Part shown: positions 1 through 12,479 of the stretch, piece by piece | Position numbering within the stretch: position 1 is the stretch's first letter | Layout of the letters: the number at the start of each line of letters is the position of its first letter | Assembly (NCBI GenBank): GCA_043228905.1 | Contig: JBHGNT010000001.1 | Location: 10,416,001-10,480,000, forward strand | Source of the DNA: Azolla caroliniana | Lineage: Eukaryota > Plantae > Polypodiophyta | DNA: 64,000 bases | Reading direction: 5' to 3' | Program-made: the position numbers and the translations under genes | The notes under the pieces: generated by a model | Told to the model about the DNA's origin: nothing | Databases searched by the model: none | Seen by the model: the letters and a program-made list of their open reading frames with translations, nothing else

Positions 1-994
1 ACTCGGTTGTCGAGTTCGACTTCGGATCGGTTGAAGAAGCCGAGGGCGGACCCGCGGAAAAGTCCGGAAGCGGACAGAAGGGGAGCAACTGAAGGAGAGA
101 GCCAAAGCCAACCACGCATGGGGAAGATGACGCCACCGAGGGCGAGAAGACCGAAGACGAGTTGGAGAAAGCCAACTCGGACGAGAGCGAAAACCGATCG
201 GAGGTAGCCGAATCGGTTCGGATGGTTGATTCAGATACGATGAATCAACTGAGGCCCAAGCGGAAGAAAAGGCAGCAGGAGAAGCGTCAACACCGCAATA
301 GCAGAAGAGCTGATAAGGGCCACATGACCAGACAAGCCGACCGGAAGGGTCGAAGCGTGCGGAGTCAAACAGGTCGTGGAGCGTGAGCGAGGCCTGAAGC
401 CAGGAGGAACCGGAGCTGTGAGCCCGAAGATCCCGAAGAGCCTCAAGTTGAGCTTGAGGGGGAGTGTTGAGAGACAAGCTCAACATCGGCCGGATCAGCT
501 GAAGAAGCCGAGGACCGGATCGGTTGGGACCGATCGGTTAGGCCGAGTGCGTAAACCGGGAGGCCGTTAGGAAAGATATTCCGTGAGGAATATATTTGGG
601 AGTTAGTGTAGGAGCTCTTAAAGAGCATTGAAGTACGGTCAGTCCTTCGAGGACTTGTATAAAAGTGTTCATGGAACACACATATGGGTAGAGTAGTGAA
701 TCGAGTTTTTTTGTTGAATATAGTTCTTGTGTTTTCTCTCTCTCACTCTCTCTGTCTCTCTCGCGTATACTGCGTAAGCTCAAGCTCTCCATTAAACCTG
801 AGTGTTCTTCCTTCTGTTCTTTCTTCATACTTGCTTCCGCACGCTACTTTCTACAGATTCTAAGCTCGGTTGTGGCCGAGCGTTGCGTATAGGGAGCGTG
901 CAGCTCCTGTCATAATGCTCATCATCCTCATTAAACACACCATCTCCATCACCAATCATCATTACCATTAACCCTAACCCTAAAACCTACAACA
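1..994 (+). mobile_element. 3' end of Ty1/Copia-like LTR retrotransposon A (3' internal region, PPT, 3' LTR), inserted in the Gypsy-1 protease region
   Basis: PPT TTGAGGGGGAG (454-464) directly precedes TGTTG at 465; the LTR ends CAACA at 994. From 995 the sequence is Gypsy protease on the minus strand (..ETSSHSVIL|), which continues GEPYIT in Gypsy-2. The Copia assignment rests on PPT/LTR similarity to Copia B, since no coding region is in the window. Confidence 0.75.
465..994 (+). repeat. 3' LTR of Copia A (530 bp)
   Basis: TGTTG...CAACA termini, TATAAAA at ~658, CT-rich tract. Confidence 0.8.
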
Positions 995-2937
995 AGTATC
1001 ACCGAATGCGAGGACGTCTCCTGCACGAAGAAGTGTTGATCGATCTCGACATCGCCGATTTTCACTCGTACATTCAGGCAGGCTCTATGTAGCTCCTCCA
1101 TGGCGCGTGTTGCTGCATGTATCTTCCACCTGTGTTTGGTGTTGATTGACCACTTTCCCTTCTTGTAGAAGTGCATGGACATCAAGTTGATCTCCGAACC
1201 GTGGTCTACCAACGCCACCACCGGCTCCTGGACGTCCCCGATCTGAACAGGGGTTTCCGTAGTGGCCCTAGCCCAATGTAGCCTCGAGTAGTGGCTTTCC
1301 GCCAACTCCTCCTCTAGGGCCATGTCTTCTAGGTATGTCGTTCACACCTCCATCGGCTTCTCCGGCTCCGGCTCCGGCGAAAGCCTTTTTCGCTTCACCA
1401 AGTCTACGATGGAGTCGTGGAACTCCTTCTTGGCAATACCGAGCACTTCCCTTAGTGACAGCTCCACTTTGCTGTCAAGGATCCGTTCCTCCAGGACCTT
1501 TCGTAGGTCCGTGGTCCTTTCGATCTTTGTGCTCAACCAGTAATCGGCCTTCTTGGCCTTGTCCGGTGCGCCAGATGCACCGACATCATTCTACTTCGGC
1601 TCGAACTGGGTCTCATACAGTTGTGAGGTTCCAACCCCCCTTGGTCTTTCTCACGTGCTTGTCTTCCACCAGAACCTCGTAGTTCTGGCACGCGGCTTCC
1701 ACGAAGCCCGACTTCTCTTCGACCGGGTCACTCCACCCAGTTACCTCCCGGTCCCGTCTTTCTGCGCGGTCCGCTTCCTCTTTCCTTAGCCATACGCCGG
1801 CTAGGCCTTCCAGCATCAACAGCCAAAACCCGGAGTCCTTCGTTTTCTGGACTTCATCACTCCCGAACCGGATTCCCGCCGACGCCGAGTAGTGGATGGT
1901 CTCCGCGTGGCGAGCCGTCCCTTCCTCCATCAGCCGTTTCATCCCCCCTCATCCGACGTTTAGATCCAGGGCCCTCCGGGTTTCACTAGCGTGTACCCGC
2001 CTGTTCCACAACTACACCACGTTGGCCCTTATCGCTTCGGCGAAGTCCCCATAGTCCTTTCGGGCATGGCTGACCGTGTCGCACCACAAGCACCGATGCC
2101 CAGCCAAAGGCCTTCGGTCACGAGCTTGTTCGCCGCCGTCCCTCCGTGCCTGTGAAATCTGGAGGTCCCTCACCATCTGAGTCAACTCCTCCAGAGCCGC
2201 TCCTCCGGACGGGCCTTTGACCACGCTGGTCGAGGTCGAGCCAGTCTCGAGCCAGTCTCGGTTCTCCTCCCTTTGCGCCGATGGGGATACCTCGACGAGC
2301 CTTTATCAACCCACTGACGCCATTTGTCGAAACGGCCACAGACTCTTTTCACCATGGCCCAATCAGTCGTTAGCCCGTCATCGGTCTCCAGCAGGAGGCC
2401 CACTTGCTCTCGATCCCTCACGTCCACCGATTTAACAAATAATAGGACACGACTTGTCCAATACGGTCCGGTCCAACGTCGAAAGACGCGCGAAGCGTTC
2501 TTCAAACTCCCGGAGGAGCACCGACGCGTTTCTCCCCTTTTCAAGGTTCTCCACCCATTCCATGAAGCCCCGCTTCGATAGCCGAAACGCGTCATCAAGC
2601 CCGTATTTCTCAAGAAGCCGACCTTCAAACTCTTCCCAGGTCCGGCTCTCAGCCCGTACCTCGAGCACCTCCGCGTGGATGCCTGGCATCACCACCCGAG
2701 GGAATCCGACCAGTCGCCTATCTTCCGGAATGTCCCTCATCACTATTTTGGCTCGGTAGGCCTCCAAGTAGTTTGTGGCGTCCTTTCCACCGAACCGGCC
2801 TATCGTGCCGACGATTGCTTCAATAGCCCTATCGAGGGCGCCTGTGCCTTCATGCGCACTCACTAATCGATCTACAGTTGAGGCCATGGCTTCTGCATGC
2901 TCCGTTCCCCTCATCTTTTCTATTCCTCTGCCGCCTG

Positions 2938-2955
2938 TTCACGTCGGGTTCACCA
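2938..2955 (-). promoter_or_regulatory. Primer-binding site complementary to the 3' end of tRNA-Trp (TGGTGAACCCGACGTGAA)
   Basis: Plus strand TTCACGTCGGGTTCACCA matches the 3' end of plant cytosolic tRNA-Trp plus CCA as I recall it; 4 nt from the LTR end at 2960. Confidence 0.8.
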
Positions 2956-2959
2956 AATA

Positions 2960-3505
2960 TGTCGCATTGTTACACGCGTGCGTATAGAACGAGGTGGGAC
3001 CACGGGGGTCTTGGACCAAGGAATAACCGATCAGGAGTAGGAGCAAGAAGGACAACGGCCGTGCTTCCACACACACAGATACACAAAAACCGCAATCGAA
3101 TGAAACAACGGAAACCAGACGAATGCGTATATGTATATATATATATTCTGATGAAAAAGGGGTTACAACCGGCAGGCCGGTGAGTGACAATCTCCTACGC
3201 CTACGCACATGCACACAAAAGAGCGAGATGGAGACTCTGCCCGAAGCACTCGGACATTCCGTGGAGCAGAGTCAGCCTCCCGAAAACCTGCACAAAGCAA
3301 ATACAGAGAAAGACGGAGGAGAAGAGCTTGGTCCCAGTCTGACAACACTTCGTCCTCGACAAAAGCGATCCCCTTTACGATCCCTCTCCCTCTCTTTTAT
3401 AGCCCAAGGAGGGAGGCCGTTACAACTTGTTACATCATCTTTATTCTCTGTCCTTTCGGACAGAGATATGCCTCGATTTCCTAGCTAAATATGTACATTA
3501 CAACA
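2960..3505 (-). repeat. 5' LTR of Gypsy-1 (~546 bp)
   Basis: Plus strand TGTCGC...TTACAACA, termini like Gypsy-2 (TGTCGC...TCACGACA); Copia pol sequence begins right after 3505. Confidence 0.7.
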
Positions 3506-3650
3506 AAACTTGTGCCCGCGTACTTGAAAATCAACTTAGGCACATACTTGACAAAAGCCCAATTACAACAAGGCTGAGTGGCTCACAAGAGCCCCCGAGT
3601 GATCCTAGCACATCTCGGCCGACTCCAAAGTAGACAAGGGGAAGGCCAAA

Positions 3651-4453
3651 ATGCTAGAATATGAAAACCTGATGGACAATGAGTCAACTCACTCCCTTGA
3701 TAGTGAGTTCAGAGGCCTCGCCATCCGAACAAATGGAGCGAAGAAAGCATTATTCTTTGCGAACGAGAAGCTACGCCGGTCCACCCATGAAAAGAACCCT
3801 GTAAGCCGATTTGGGTATGCTGAATATATGGCGTATCATTACGCCTTTATGATAAAAGTAGCAACTGTCCAAGAGTCGGAAACATTTTCCCAAGCCATAA
3901 ATAACCGGCAATGGCTCAACGTGATGAATGAAGAAATGCAGGCTTTGTGCAAAAACGAGACGTGGGATCTTGTTTCCCATTTACCTCACAGGAAACCAAT
4001 TGGTTGTAGATGGATCTATAAGATCAAATACAATGCCGATAGCCCAATAAATCACTTCAAAGCACGACTCGTCACGAAAGGATATGCACAAACGCATGGA
4101 GTCGATTATGAGGAGACCTTTGCCCCAATGGCAAAGATGACGACCGTGTGACCGTAATTGCACTCGCAGCTGCGAAAGGGTGGCATCTCCACCAAATGGA
4201 CGTCAAGAACGCCTTTCTTCAAGGCGAATTAGAAGAGGAGGTGTACATGGTACAACCACCCGGATTCGAATCGAAAAATCATCCAAAAGCAGTTTGTAGA
4301 CTAAAGAAGCCACTCTACAACTTTAAGCAAGAACCACGTGCTTGGGATTCGAAGATCACTCAGTATCTTCATCAAATTGGCTTTCGAATGTCGAAATCGG
4401 ATAACTCCCTGTACATTCAAAATGAGTTGAACAACCCGATTGTCATCATCCGA
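3651..4453 (+). pseudogene. Copia reverse transcriptase fragment (frameshifted at ~4150, truncated just before YVDD)
   Basis: ORFs 3651-4151 and 4148-4456 with canonical Copia RT motifs. Confidence 0.9.
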
Positions 4454-4454
4454 T

Positions 4455-4876
4455 GACACGGGGACCCTACTCACGCACACCGACGACAGTCACCCGACTC
4501 CAAGAAACAAAGGGAAAAGGGAGCGACTCTGCTGGAAGCACACGGGCTGTCCACGAAGCAGAGGCAACGCACTCCCACAGGCGGCGACGAACCCACAGAG
4601 AACGACAGCTCGAGGAGTAGAGAGAGAGCTCGGCTTCCCTTCTGCAGCAGCGCTTCCCTTCTCCCTCTCGCGTGTAATCCTCTTTTCTTTCTACTCTTGC
4701 CTTTTATCCCCTGTCCCCCTTTTGGATACGCACAATCCCCTCTAATAAATGCGTGTGGCTTAGTAGTCACATCCACCGGTTCGCGTACAAAGTATCCAAT
4801 CACGCGTCCATCCGTGTAGGGGCCGGTTTACGCGCTTTCTCTCCGATTCCGCCTATGGCCGGTTTTCTTCACGACA
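4455..4876 (-). repeat. 3' LTR of Gypsy-2, missing its outer ~200 bp
   Basis: Matches 11025-11447 with about a dozen substitutions and one indel by eye; flanked by PPT (plus strand TCCACCCCCACCAA). Confidence 0.92.
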
Positions 4877-4945
4877 TCCACCCCCACCAAACCACGCATC
4901 CACCGGTATGCGCCAAAGACGGGTAGATATCGAAGAAACCCAGCC

Positions 4946-7900
4946 TCACTCGTTGCTCTCCATTTCTCCGCCGGACCCGAACTGATCGTCGTTGTCGCTC
5001 CCACTCGCAGACTCCGGCTCATCTTCGAACCGCTTTTTGAAAGCTTTGATCCGCTTTCCGGCCACCGGCACCACTAACCGTGTCCCGTCGAGCTCCGCGA
5101 GGTGGTACGTGTCGTTGCCATTCACGCTCGTCACCATGTAGGGCCCGAACCATCTCCTAGCAAACTTTTGCACCGCCTTGTGCTGATTGTCGAGGCTGTT
5201 GTCGTATACCAAGACCCGATCTCCTTCCTCGATCTTCTTTGGTCGCAACCGGTGCGTCCGGTTGAACCGGGTCTTGTTACGCTCCCTCGCCGCTCGCAAC
5301 TTTTCCTTCGCCTGTATCACGTCCTCCAGCCTCCGCTCGAGTTGCAGAATCCGCGCCGCCAGCAACTCCTCCCGGCTCATTTCGTCCTTCCAATCTACCA
5401 CCACCCACGAAGAAACCATCCGTTCCACCGACATGATCGCCTTTTGTCCGTACATTAGCTCCGCCGGCATAAACCCTGTCACCGAACTGTGCGTAGTCTG
5501 GTCCGCCCATAGCGCGTAAGGAAGGAGTCGCGGCCAATTCCCGACCTGCCCACCGCATGCACACACCAACGCCTTTACAATCGGTCCGTACCCACGTTCC
5601 ACCTTTCCGTTTGCCTCCGGATTGTACGCCGTGGTGAGGGAGAGTTTGACGCCCAGTCGGTCGAACAACTCCTTGGCCTCCCGCGCATCTAGCTCTCCCC
5701 GGTCCGCCACGATCCTCCCGACGCACCCGTACCGACACACTACTTCTTCGATCAGGAACCGGTATACCGCCGCGGTTGTCTTGCTTTGTAGTGCATGGCC
5801 TTCCACCTGGTTCGTTAAGTCTTCCCGTGCAAGCACCAGGTATCGCATCTATCCTACCCCCATCGGCATCGTCACCAAGTCCACCATCCACTTGAAATGG
5901 ACCGTAGGCGGGTAGGTCGGGTGTAGCTCGTCCCGGTGTCAGACTATGGAGTGCATCTGACAGCTCTCGCAAGTCGTTACGAACCGATGCACGTCCTGGT
6001 ACAGCCCCGGCCACCAGTACTTCTCCTTCAGCTTCTCGAAAGTGGCCCACGTTCCGCGGTGACCGGCCCAGGGGCTCTCGTGAAATGTCGTCAATAGTTT
6101 CCCCTGTTCTTCTTTCTTTGCCACTACTCGGAATGGAATGCCGCTTCTTTTCTTTGGGTGCCTCCATATGCACCCGTCCCGCAGGAAGAATTGGTACGCC
6201 TTCCTCTGTATCCGGCTCGCCTCCTCTCTCGCCCATGCTGCGTTTGGCGTCATCGTCCATAGGAACCTCCTGATTTGGAGCCACTCCCCGTTGTACCTGC
6301 TTTCGTCAAATTCGTTAAGCGCCGGAGTGTTCCCTTTCCTCGTCGTTACGTTAGCCGACCCGAAGAAGTCCTCGCCGATTTCTTCGTCTTCCGAAACCAT
6401 GCCATCTTCGTCGTTGAACCTTGCCCTCGAAAGCATGTCGGCCATGGCGTTGTCCTTTCCGGAGATGTGCCGTATCTCCGGGTTCAGGGACTTAATGTAC
6501 GCTATCCACTGGAGCATTGCTAGGTCCGGCGTCGCGCATCCGGAAACCATGTCGAGTATCGGTAGGCAGTACGTCTCGATAATCACCTCCGTCCCGATCA
6601 GATAATCCTTGTCGGCCTTGACCGCCAAAACGACACCCCAAAGTTCGTGCTTAACTTGTGTGTACCCTGGCTACCGCTCGCTCAATACCTTCGCCCCGAA
6701 CCGGATCGGGAATCGTGCTCCGCCCTTGTCCTCCTGACTGATTACCCACCCGAACCCGGTCAGGTTGGTGTCCACCGTTACGCATATGGGAACATCCTTG
6801 CCGTAAACTGCTTTACGGAGAGCCGGCGCTTCCGTAAGCGCCTCCTTTAGTCTCCGAACCGACTACGTGTGCTCCATCCTCCACTCAAAGCTACGCTCCT
6901 TTTTTAATAGTCCGTAGAGGGGTTCCGCGACATGTGCGTAGTGCGGGATCCAGATGTGGTAGAACGCGCATGCCCCCAAGAATCTGCGGACCTCCGTGAC
7001 TGACCCGCAAACGTTCCTCATCGCAGAGATGGCCTCTACCTTTGCCGGAGACGGTTTCCTACCGTAAGGCCCGCACAGGTGTCCGACCACCAAGATCTCC
7101 GACTGTCTGAAGGCCGACTTTTCCTCAGAGAAGGTGAGGCTCGCGCGCTCTAGTCTCTGCAGCACCTTCTCGCAGTCATCGATGTGGGACACCACGAAAT
7201 TCCGACATCCGTCCGGCCCGATTGTCTCGTCCCTTTTCTCCACCGGGCATCCCTTGATCGGAATGTCGTCTAAGAACGGCATGGTGATGTCCGGGATACA
7301 ATCCCTGAGCACTTTGTTCATCGCGTTCACCATGTGAGCCACTGAGTTCGTCCCTCCTTGTGGCAGGGTACACATCCGCACCAGGCCGAGAGGAGTCCGC
7401 ATCGTCGTAATGTCTCTGCTCTCCACAACTAGTTGGAACTGATCGTACCCCGAGTACAGATCACCGACAGAATAGATCGACCTTCCAGCGAAGGCCTCCG
7501 CGAACTCGTCTATGGTCGGTCTGATCCCTGCGTTACGGATGGTCACCTTGTTGACCGGTTGTAGGTCCTGGATGAAGCGCACCGTGCCGTTCTTCTTCAG
7601 CACCGTAAACCACCGATTCAAATACGGGGCACTCGACGGTTCGAGGATGCCCATCTCCACCTTTTGCTTAAGGAGCTCCATCAACTTCGGGATGTGAGCT
7701 CTCGGCACCGGAATCGGCTTGAGATTCCACGGTACATGCGGTACCGTGAAGATCACCATTGGTTCGACAACTGTCGAGTCTACGCACCCAATCTCCTCTG
7801 GTGAGAATGCGAAAGCCTTCTCGTGCCTCCCGTGCATTCTCTGAAACCGGTCCTCCTCCACTGGCAGTAGGAAGCCGCCCCCACCGACCTTGAGCTCCCA

Positions 7901-10780
7901 TAGCGTTATGTCGGTGAACCGGTGCCCTATGCTAGTCGGATTTCATAAACTTGGGTCCGACGCGACCCCCTTTATCCGCTCCTCGCTGCCCTCCAGCAAG
8001 GGTGCCGCGACTGGCCTCACCTTCCGGTCCACAGTCTTGTATTTCGTATCCACGCGGGCCGTCTGATCCGACCCGATCCTTTCCCCGAAGTCTGCGATGA
8101 CTTCGTACATTCCTATTGACCCCACCGGAACGGTCCAGTCATCTCTAAGGTCTTCACCGATCACCTTTCGTAGTTCGCCCAAGGTGTCGTCAAAAGAGAC
8201 CGCCTCCACGGCGCCGCTGATGCCCTCGTCGGGGAAGAGGACTCTGCATCCCCTGAGCCGCTCCTCCGCTCTCTTCCTCTCCCTACCGCTGACGCTGGTT
8301 ATAGTACAACCTCCGCTGTCGAAGAACCAAAATTTCCTACCTATGGTACAGGTCTTCCGTATTGTACATTTGTGGGGTTCTTCCCGGGTGTCCGGACTAT
8401 CGCGGCCCCACGCCTTCACAACCCTCTCTAAAAATCCCCTCGGGTTTCGCTGCCGAGGGCCTCGTGGTTTGGTCGCACCGTTAGGAACTGGACCGAGTGA
8501 CGCCCGTCCTGGCTCTTGACTCTTGTATAGGCTGAACCGTTGTCTAGCACCTTGGTCTCCATCCGTGCCGCCGTGATATATGGTTCTCCCAGTATAACCG
8601 GATGCGAGGACGTCTCCTGCGCGAAGAAGTGTTGGTCAATCTCGACATCGCCGATTTTCACCCGTACGTTCGGACAGGCCCCATGTAGTTCTTCCGTGGC
8701 GTGCGTCGTTGCCCATATCTTCCAGCCATGCTTGGTGTTAATCGGCCATTTACCCTTCTTGTAGAAATCCATGGACATCAGGTTGATTTCAGATCCATGG
8801 TCTACCAACGCCACCACTGGTTCCAGAACGTTGCCGATCCGTACTGGGGTTTCCGTAGTCGCCCTGGCCCAATGCGGCTTCGTGTAGTGGCTTCCCCATG
8901 TAGTTCACCCGTACGTTCGGACAGGCCCCATGTAGTTCTTCCGTGGCGTGCGTCGTTGCCCGTATCTTCCAGCCATGCTTGCTGTTAATCGGCCATTTAC
9001 CCTTCTTGTAGAAATCCATGGACATCAGGTTGATTTCAGATCCATGGTCTACCAACGCCACCACTGGTTCCAGAACGTTGCCGATCCGTACTGGGGTTTC
9101 CGTAGTCGCCCTGGCCCAATGCGGCTTCGTGTAGTGGCTTCCCGCTAGCTCATCTTCCAAGGCTCCGTCTTCCAGGTGCGTGGTCCGCACTTCCACCGGC
9201 TTCTCCGGTTCCGGCTTCGTCGAGAGCCTCTTCCGCTTCACCAAGTCTACGATAGAGTCGTGGAACTCCCTCTTGGCGATTCCCAGCACCTCCCGCAACG
9301 ATAGTTCCACTTTATTGTCGAGGATCCGCTCTTCAAGGACCTTCCGTAGGTCCGTTGCTCTCTCGATTTTGGTGCTCAACCGAAACCCCGCCTGCTTCTT
9401 CCCATCCGGCACGACTGGGTTGCCGGCACCGGTCGGTTTCAGTCCGAACCGGGTCTCATACCTTGGGGGCCCAACCCCTCCGGCCTTTCCTGCCCGTTTA
9501 TCCTCCACCAGAACCTCGTAGGTCTGGCAAACGGCTTCTACGAAGCCCATTATCTCTTCAACCGGATCATCCCAATCGGTGACCTCCTGGACCCGCTGTT
9601 CCGCGCGGTCCGCCTCTTCCTTCCTCAGCCGAACTCCGGAGAGGCCTTCTAGCACTAGCGGCCAGAATCCAGAGTCCTTCGCCTTCCGGGTCTCATCACC
9701 CCCGACCCGAATTACCGCCGACACTGAGTAGTTAACGGCTTCGACGTGCCGTGTCGCGGCCTCTTCCGTTAACCTCTTCATTCCACCGCGCCCCGTATTC
9801 AGTTCTAGGGCTCTCCGGGTCTCGCTCGCGTGCACCCGCCCGTTCTAGAGGTACACCACGTTGGTCCTGAGCGTGTCGGCGAAATCCGCACAATCCTTCC
9901 GAATGTGACCGATCGTGTCACACCACATGCACCACTACCCAGCCGGCGGCCTCCGGTCGCGAGGTTGTTCACCGTTGTCTCTCCGGGCCTGTGCGATCTG
10001 CAGGTCGCGCACCATCTGTGTTAGCTACTCCAAAGCCGCTCCTCCGGATGGGCCTCTAGCCACGTCGCTCGATGTCGACCCCGACTCCGGCCAGATTCGG
10101 GTCTCTTCCTTCCTCCCAGCCGGCACCGAAACTGGCTCCTCGAGCCTCCTCCCTGGGACCGGCCCCGACCCCGACGTGCTTCCGTCGCTCCAATCGCGTC
10201 GTTTGTCGAAACGGCTGCAGACCTGTTTCACCATGGCCCAATCCGTCGTGAGCCCTTTGTCTGTTTCCAGTAGGGGACCCACCTTTTCCCTGTCGAGCGC
10301 ATCCACTGACTTGACAAACAGTAGCACTCGACTTGTTTCGAGTACCGTCCGATCCAGCGTCGACAGCCGCGCGAACCATTTTTCGAACTCCTAGAGGAGC
10401 ACCGACGTGTTCCTCCCTTTTCCGGGGCTTTCCACCCACGCCATGAAGTCCCGCCTCGACAGCCAGAGCGAGTCATCGAACCCGTACTTCTCGAGGAGCT
10501 GCAGCTCAAACTCCTCCCAAGTCTGGCATCCGGCCAGCACCTCGAGCACCGGCGTCACCACCCGAGGGAATCCAGACAGCCGCCTGTCCACCGGGATATC
10601 CCTCATGATCATTTCGGCCCGGTAAGCCTCCAAATAACTTGTGGTGTCTTTCCCTCCGAAACGGCCTATAGAGCCGACGATCGATTCAATGGCTCTGTCG
10701 AGGGTACCCGTTCCCTCACGAGCGCTCACCAGCCGGTCGACGGCCACCGCCATTGCCTCCGCTAGCTCCGATCCCCTCAT
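4946..10780 (-). pseudogene. Gypsy gag-pol (gag, protease, RT, RNase H, integrase) with stops and frameshifts
   Basis: gag 10391-10780; PR ALVDHGSEIN 8428-9100; RT 6863-7861 (QDLQPVN, DLYSGYDQ, LPQG, PFLDD); RH and integrase HHCC 5939-6628; integrase core IVADRG, YNPEANGKVER and GPY 4946-5848; no chromodomain. Confidence 0.93.
8657..9143. repeat. 240-bp tandem duplication of the protease segment with a 7-bp filler
   Basis: 8657-8896 matches 8904-9143 (offset 247) with few mismatches. Confidence 0.95.
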
Positions 10781-10824
10781 CTTTCTACTCCTTTGCCGCC
10801 TGTTCACGTTGGGTTCACCAAAGA

Positions 10825-11447
10825 TGTCGCGTTATTATGCGTGTACGTGTGGAAAGGAGCGAGACCACAGGGGGTCTTGGACCGAGGAGCGAGAGAGAGA
10901 GACACAGAGAGAGATTCACTGACACGAAAAGCGAGAAGGAAAGAGATAGAATCGTAACACTTAATTATAATGACAAGAGATTACAATCCCTGACAGTTAC
11001 AACCGACGTGGCGGCGACGGACCCGACACGGGGACCCTACTCACGCACACCGACGACAGTCACCCGACTCCAAGAAACAAAGGGAAAAGGGAGCAACTCT
11101 GCTGGAAGCACACGGGCTGTCCACGAAGCAGAGGCAACGCACTCCCACAGGCGGCGACGGACCCACAGAGAACGACGGCTCGAGGAGTAGAGAGAGAGCT
11201 CGGCTTCCCTTCTGCAGCAGCGCTTCCCTTCTCCCTCTCGCGCGTAATCCTCTTTTCTTTCTCCTCTTGCCTTTTATCCCCTGTCCCCCTTTGGGATACG
11301 CACAATCCCCTCTAATAAATGCGTGTGGCTTAGTAGTCACATCCACCGGTTCGCATACAAAGTATCCAGTCACGCGTCCATCCGTGTAGGGGCCCGGTTT
11401 ATGCGCTTTCTCTCTTATTCCGCCTATGGCCGGTTTTCTTCACGACA
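10825..11447 (-). repeat. 5' LTR of Gypsy-2 (623 bp)
   Basis: TGTCGC...CACGACA, adjacent PBS TTCACGTTGGGTTCACCA at 10803-10820. Confidence 0.93.
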
Positions 11448-11856
11448 ACGGACTAAGCACATCGAAGTGCACTACCCCTTCATCCGTGAGCGCGTTCAGG
11501 TGGGAGATGTCTATTTACAACATATCAACACGAATCTTCAGGTTGTCGACATCTTCACCAAAGCCATGGGTATCGACAAGATGCGGCAGTTCACGACGAA
11601 CCTTGGTCTATTGATCCCTGACCAGCCACGATTGAGGGGGAGTACAGTAGCAGCCGATGCCGAACTCTAACCGATCAATCGATCGAAGCTGAGTAGAGGA
11701 GTCGAAGTACAACGAACAATGAGCACGAACCTGAAAAGTCGAACAACCGAAGTTCGAAGATTTCGAAAGCCAGAAGCCAATTCATCCAAATCGAGGTATT
11801 CCGAAGACCGAACCAAAACAACCTTTTGATATCCGGAAGCTGTGTTCGAAGGGGCG

Positions 11857-12153
11857 TGTTGAGAATCAAACTCGACTTCCCATAGAGACAGTGTTCACAT
11901 GAGTCAGTGGAAATCACACTAGGCACATTGGGCTAGTTTTGTAATTAGTAGAAAGGGCACTTGCCCTAGATCAGTTGGTATTTAAACCAACCTTTTGTAA
12001 CTTAGTTATTGTTGGGTGTAATATACAGTTTTCTTGTTTAGAGCTCTCTCTCTCTCTCTCTCTCTCTGGCATCATGTGCACACAGACTCACACACAAAGC
12101 TCACTTCTGTTGCATAGCACCATCTACGCCTCTCATTCTTCACAATACTAACA
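11857..12153 (+). repeat. 3' LTR of Copia B (~297 bp)
   Basis: Follows the purine tract; TGTTG...CTAACA; internal TATTTAAA and (CT)n. Confidence 0.75.
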
Positions 12154-12479
12154 TTGTGTAACTCTATTGCCACACCATAATAGTAGAAGACATGCAAACA
12201 AACAAATATGTAATATACAATGGCATCCTAACCAACATAAGAATCCATTGTATCTTAGCAATAGATTAGTCTTATCAAGGGCATGGTCCCTAAATAATCT
12301 AGATGTTGTAAACTCCATTGGTAATATAAATATGGTGTTGAGAGGTTCATTTTTCTTTTTGTGTTGAGAGAGAGATTTCTTATTTTTGTTTTCCATGAAA
12401 AAATGTCCTCCATTGGTATTAAAATTAAAGTAGCCAGAGGCAATATACAAAAATAGTCTAATAGTCCAATCTTTCATTT

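Larger units (their letters stand above)
995..3505 (-). mobile_element. Ty3/Gypsy element 1 (5' LTR, PBS, degenerate gag-protease); the remainder lies left of the window beyond Copia A
   Basis: Broken ORFs 2432-2914, 2012-2224 (CLWCDTVSH zinc knuckle), 1613-1942 and 949-1323 (ALVDHGSEIN aspartic protease motif), collinear with Gypsy-2. Confidence 0.9.
4455..11447 (-). mobile_element. Near-complete Ty3/Gypsy element 2 (non-chromovirus type, tRNA-Trp PBS), mutated
   Basis: Paired LTRs (4455-4876 truncated; 10825-11447), PBS 10803-10820, PPT 4877-4890, domain order gag-PR-RT-RH-INT. Confidence 0.95.
3506..12153 (+). mobile_element. Ty1/Copia element B (host of Gypsy-1 and Gypsy-2): INT-RT linker, RT N-terminal half, RNase H tail, PPT, 3' LTR
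   Basis: RT motifs WIYKIKY, KARLV, DYEETFAP, HQMDVKNAFLQGEL at 3651-4453; RTKHIEVHY..RERV at 11448-11670; PPT GAAGGGGCG followed by LTR TGTTG...TAACA 11857-12153. Confidence 0.88.

Noticed and set aside
5102-10922. Many 60-335 aa alternative-frame and antisense ORFs
   Set aside because: Shadows of the GC-rich Gypsy gag-pol; no independent motifs
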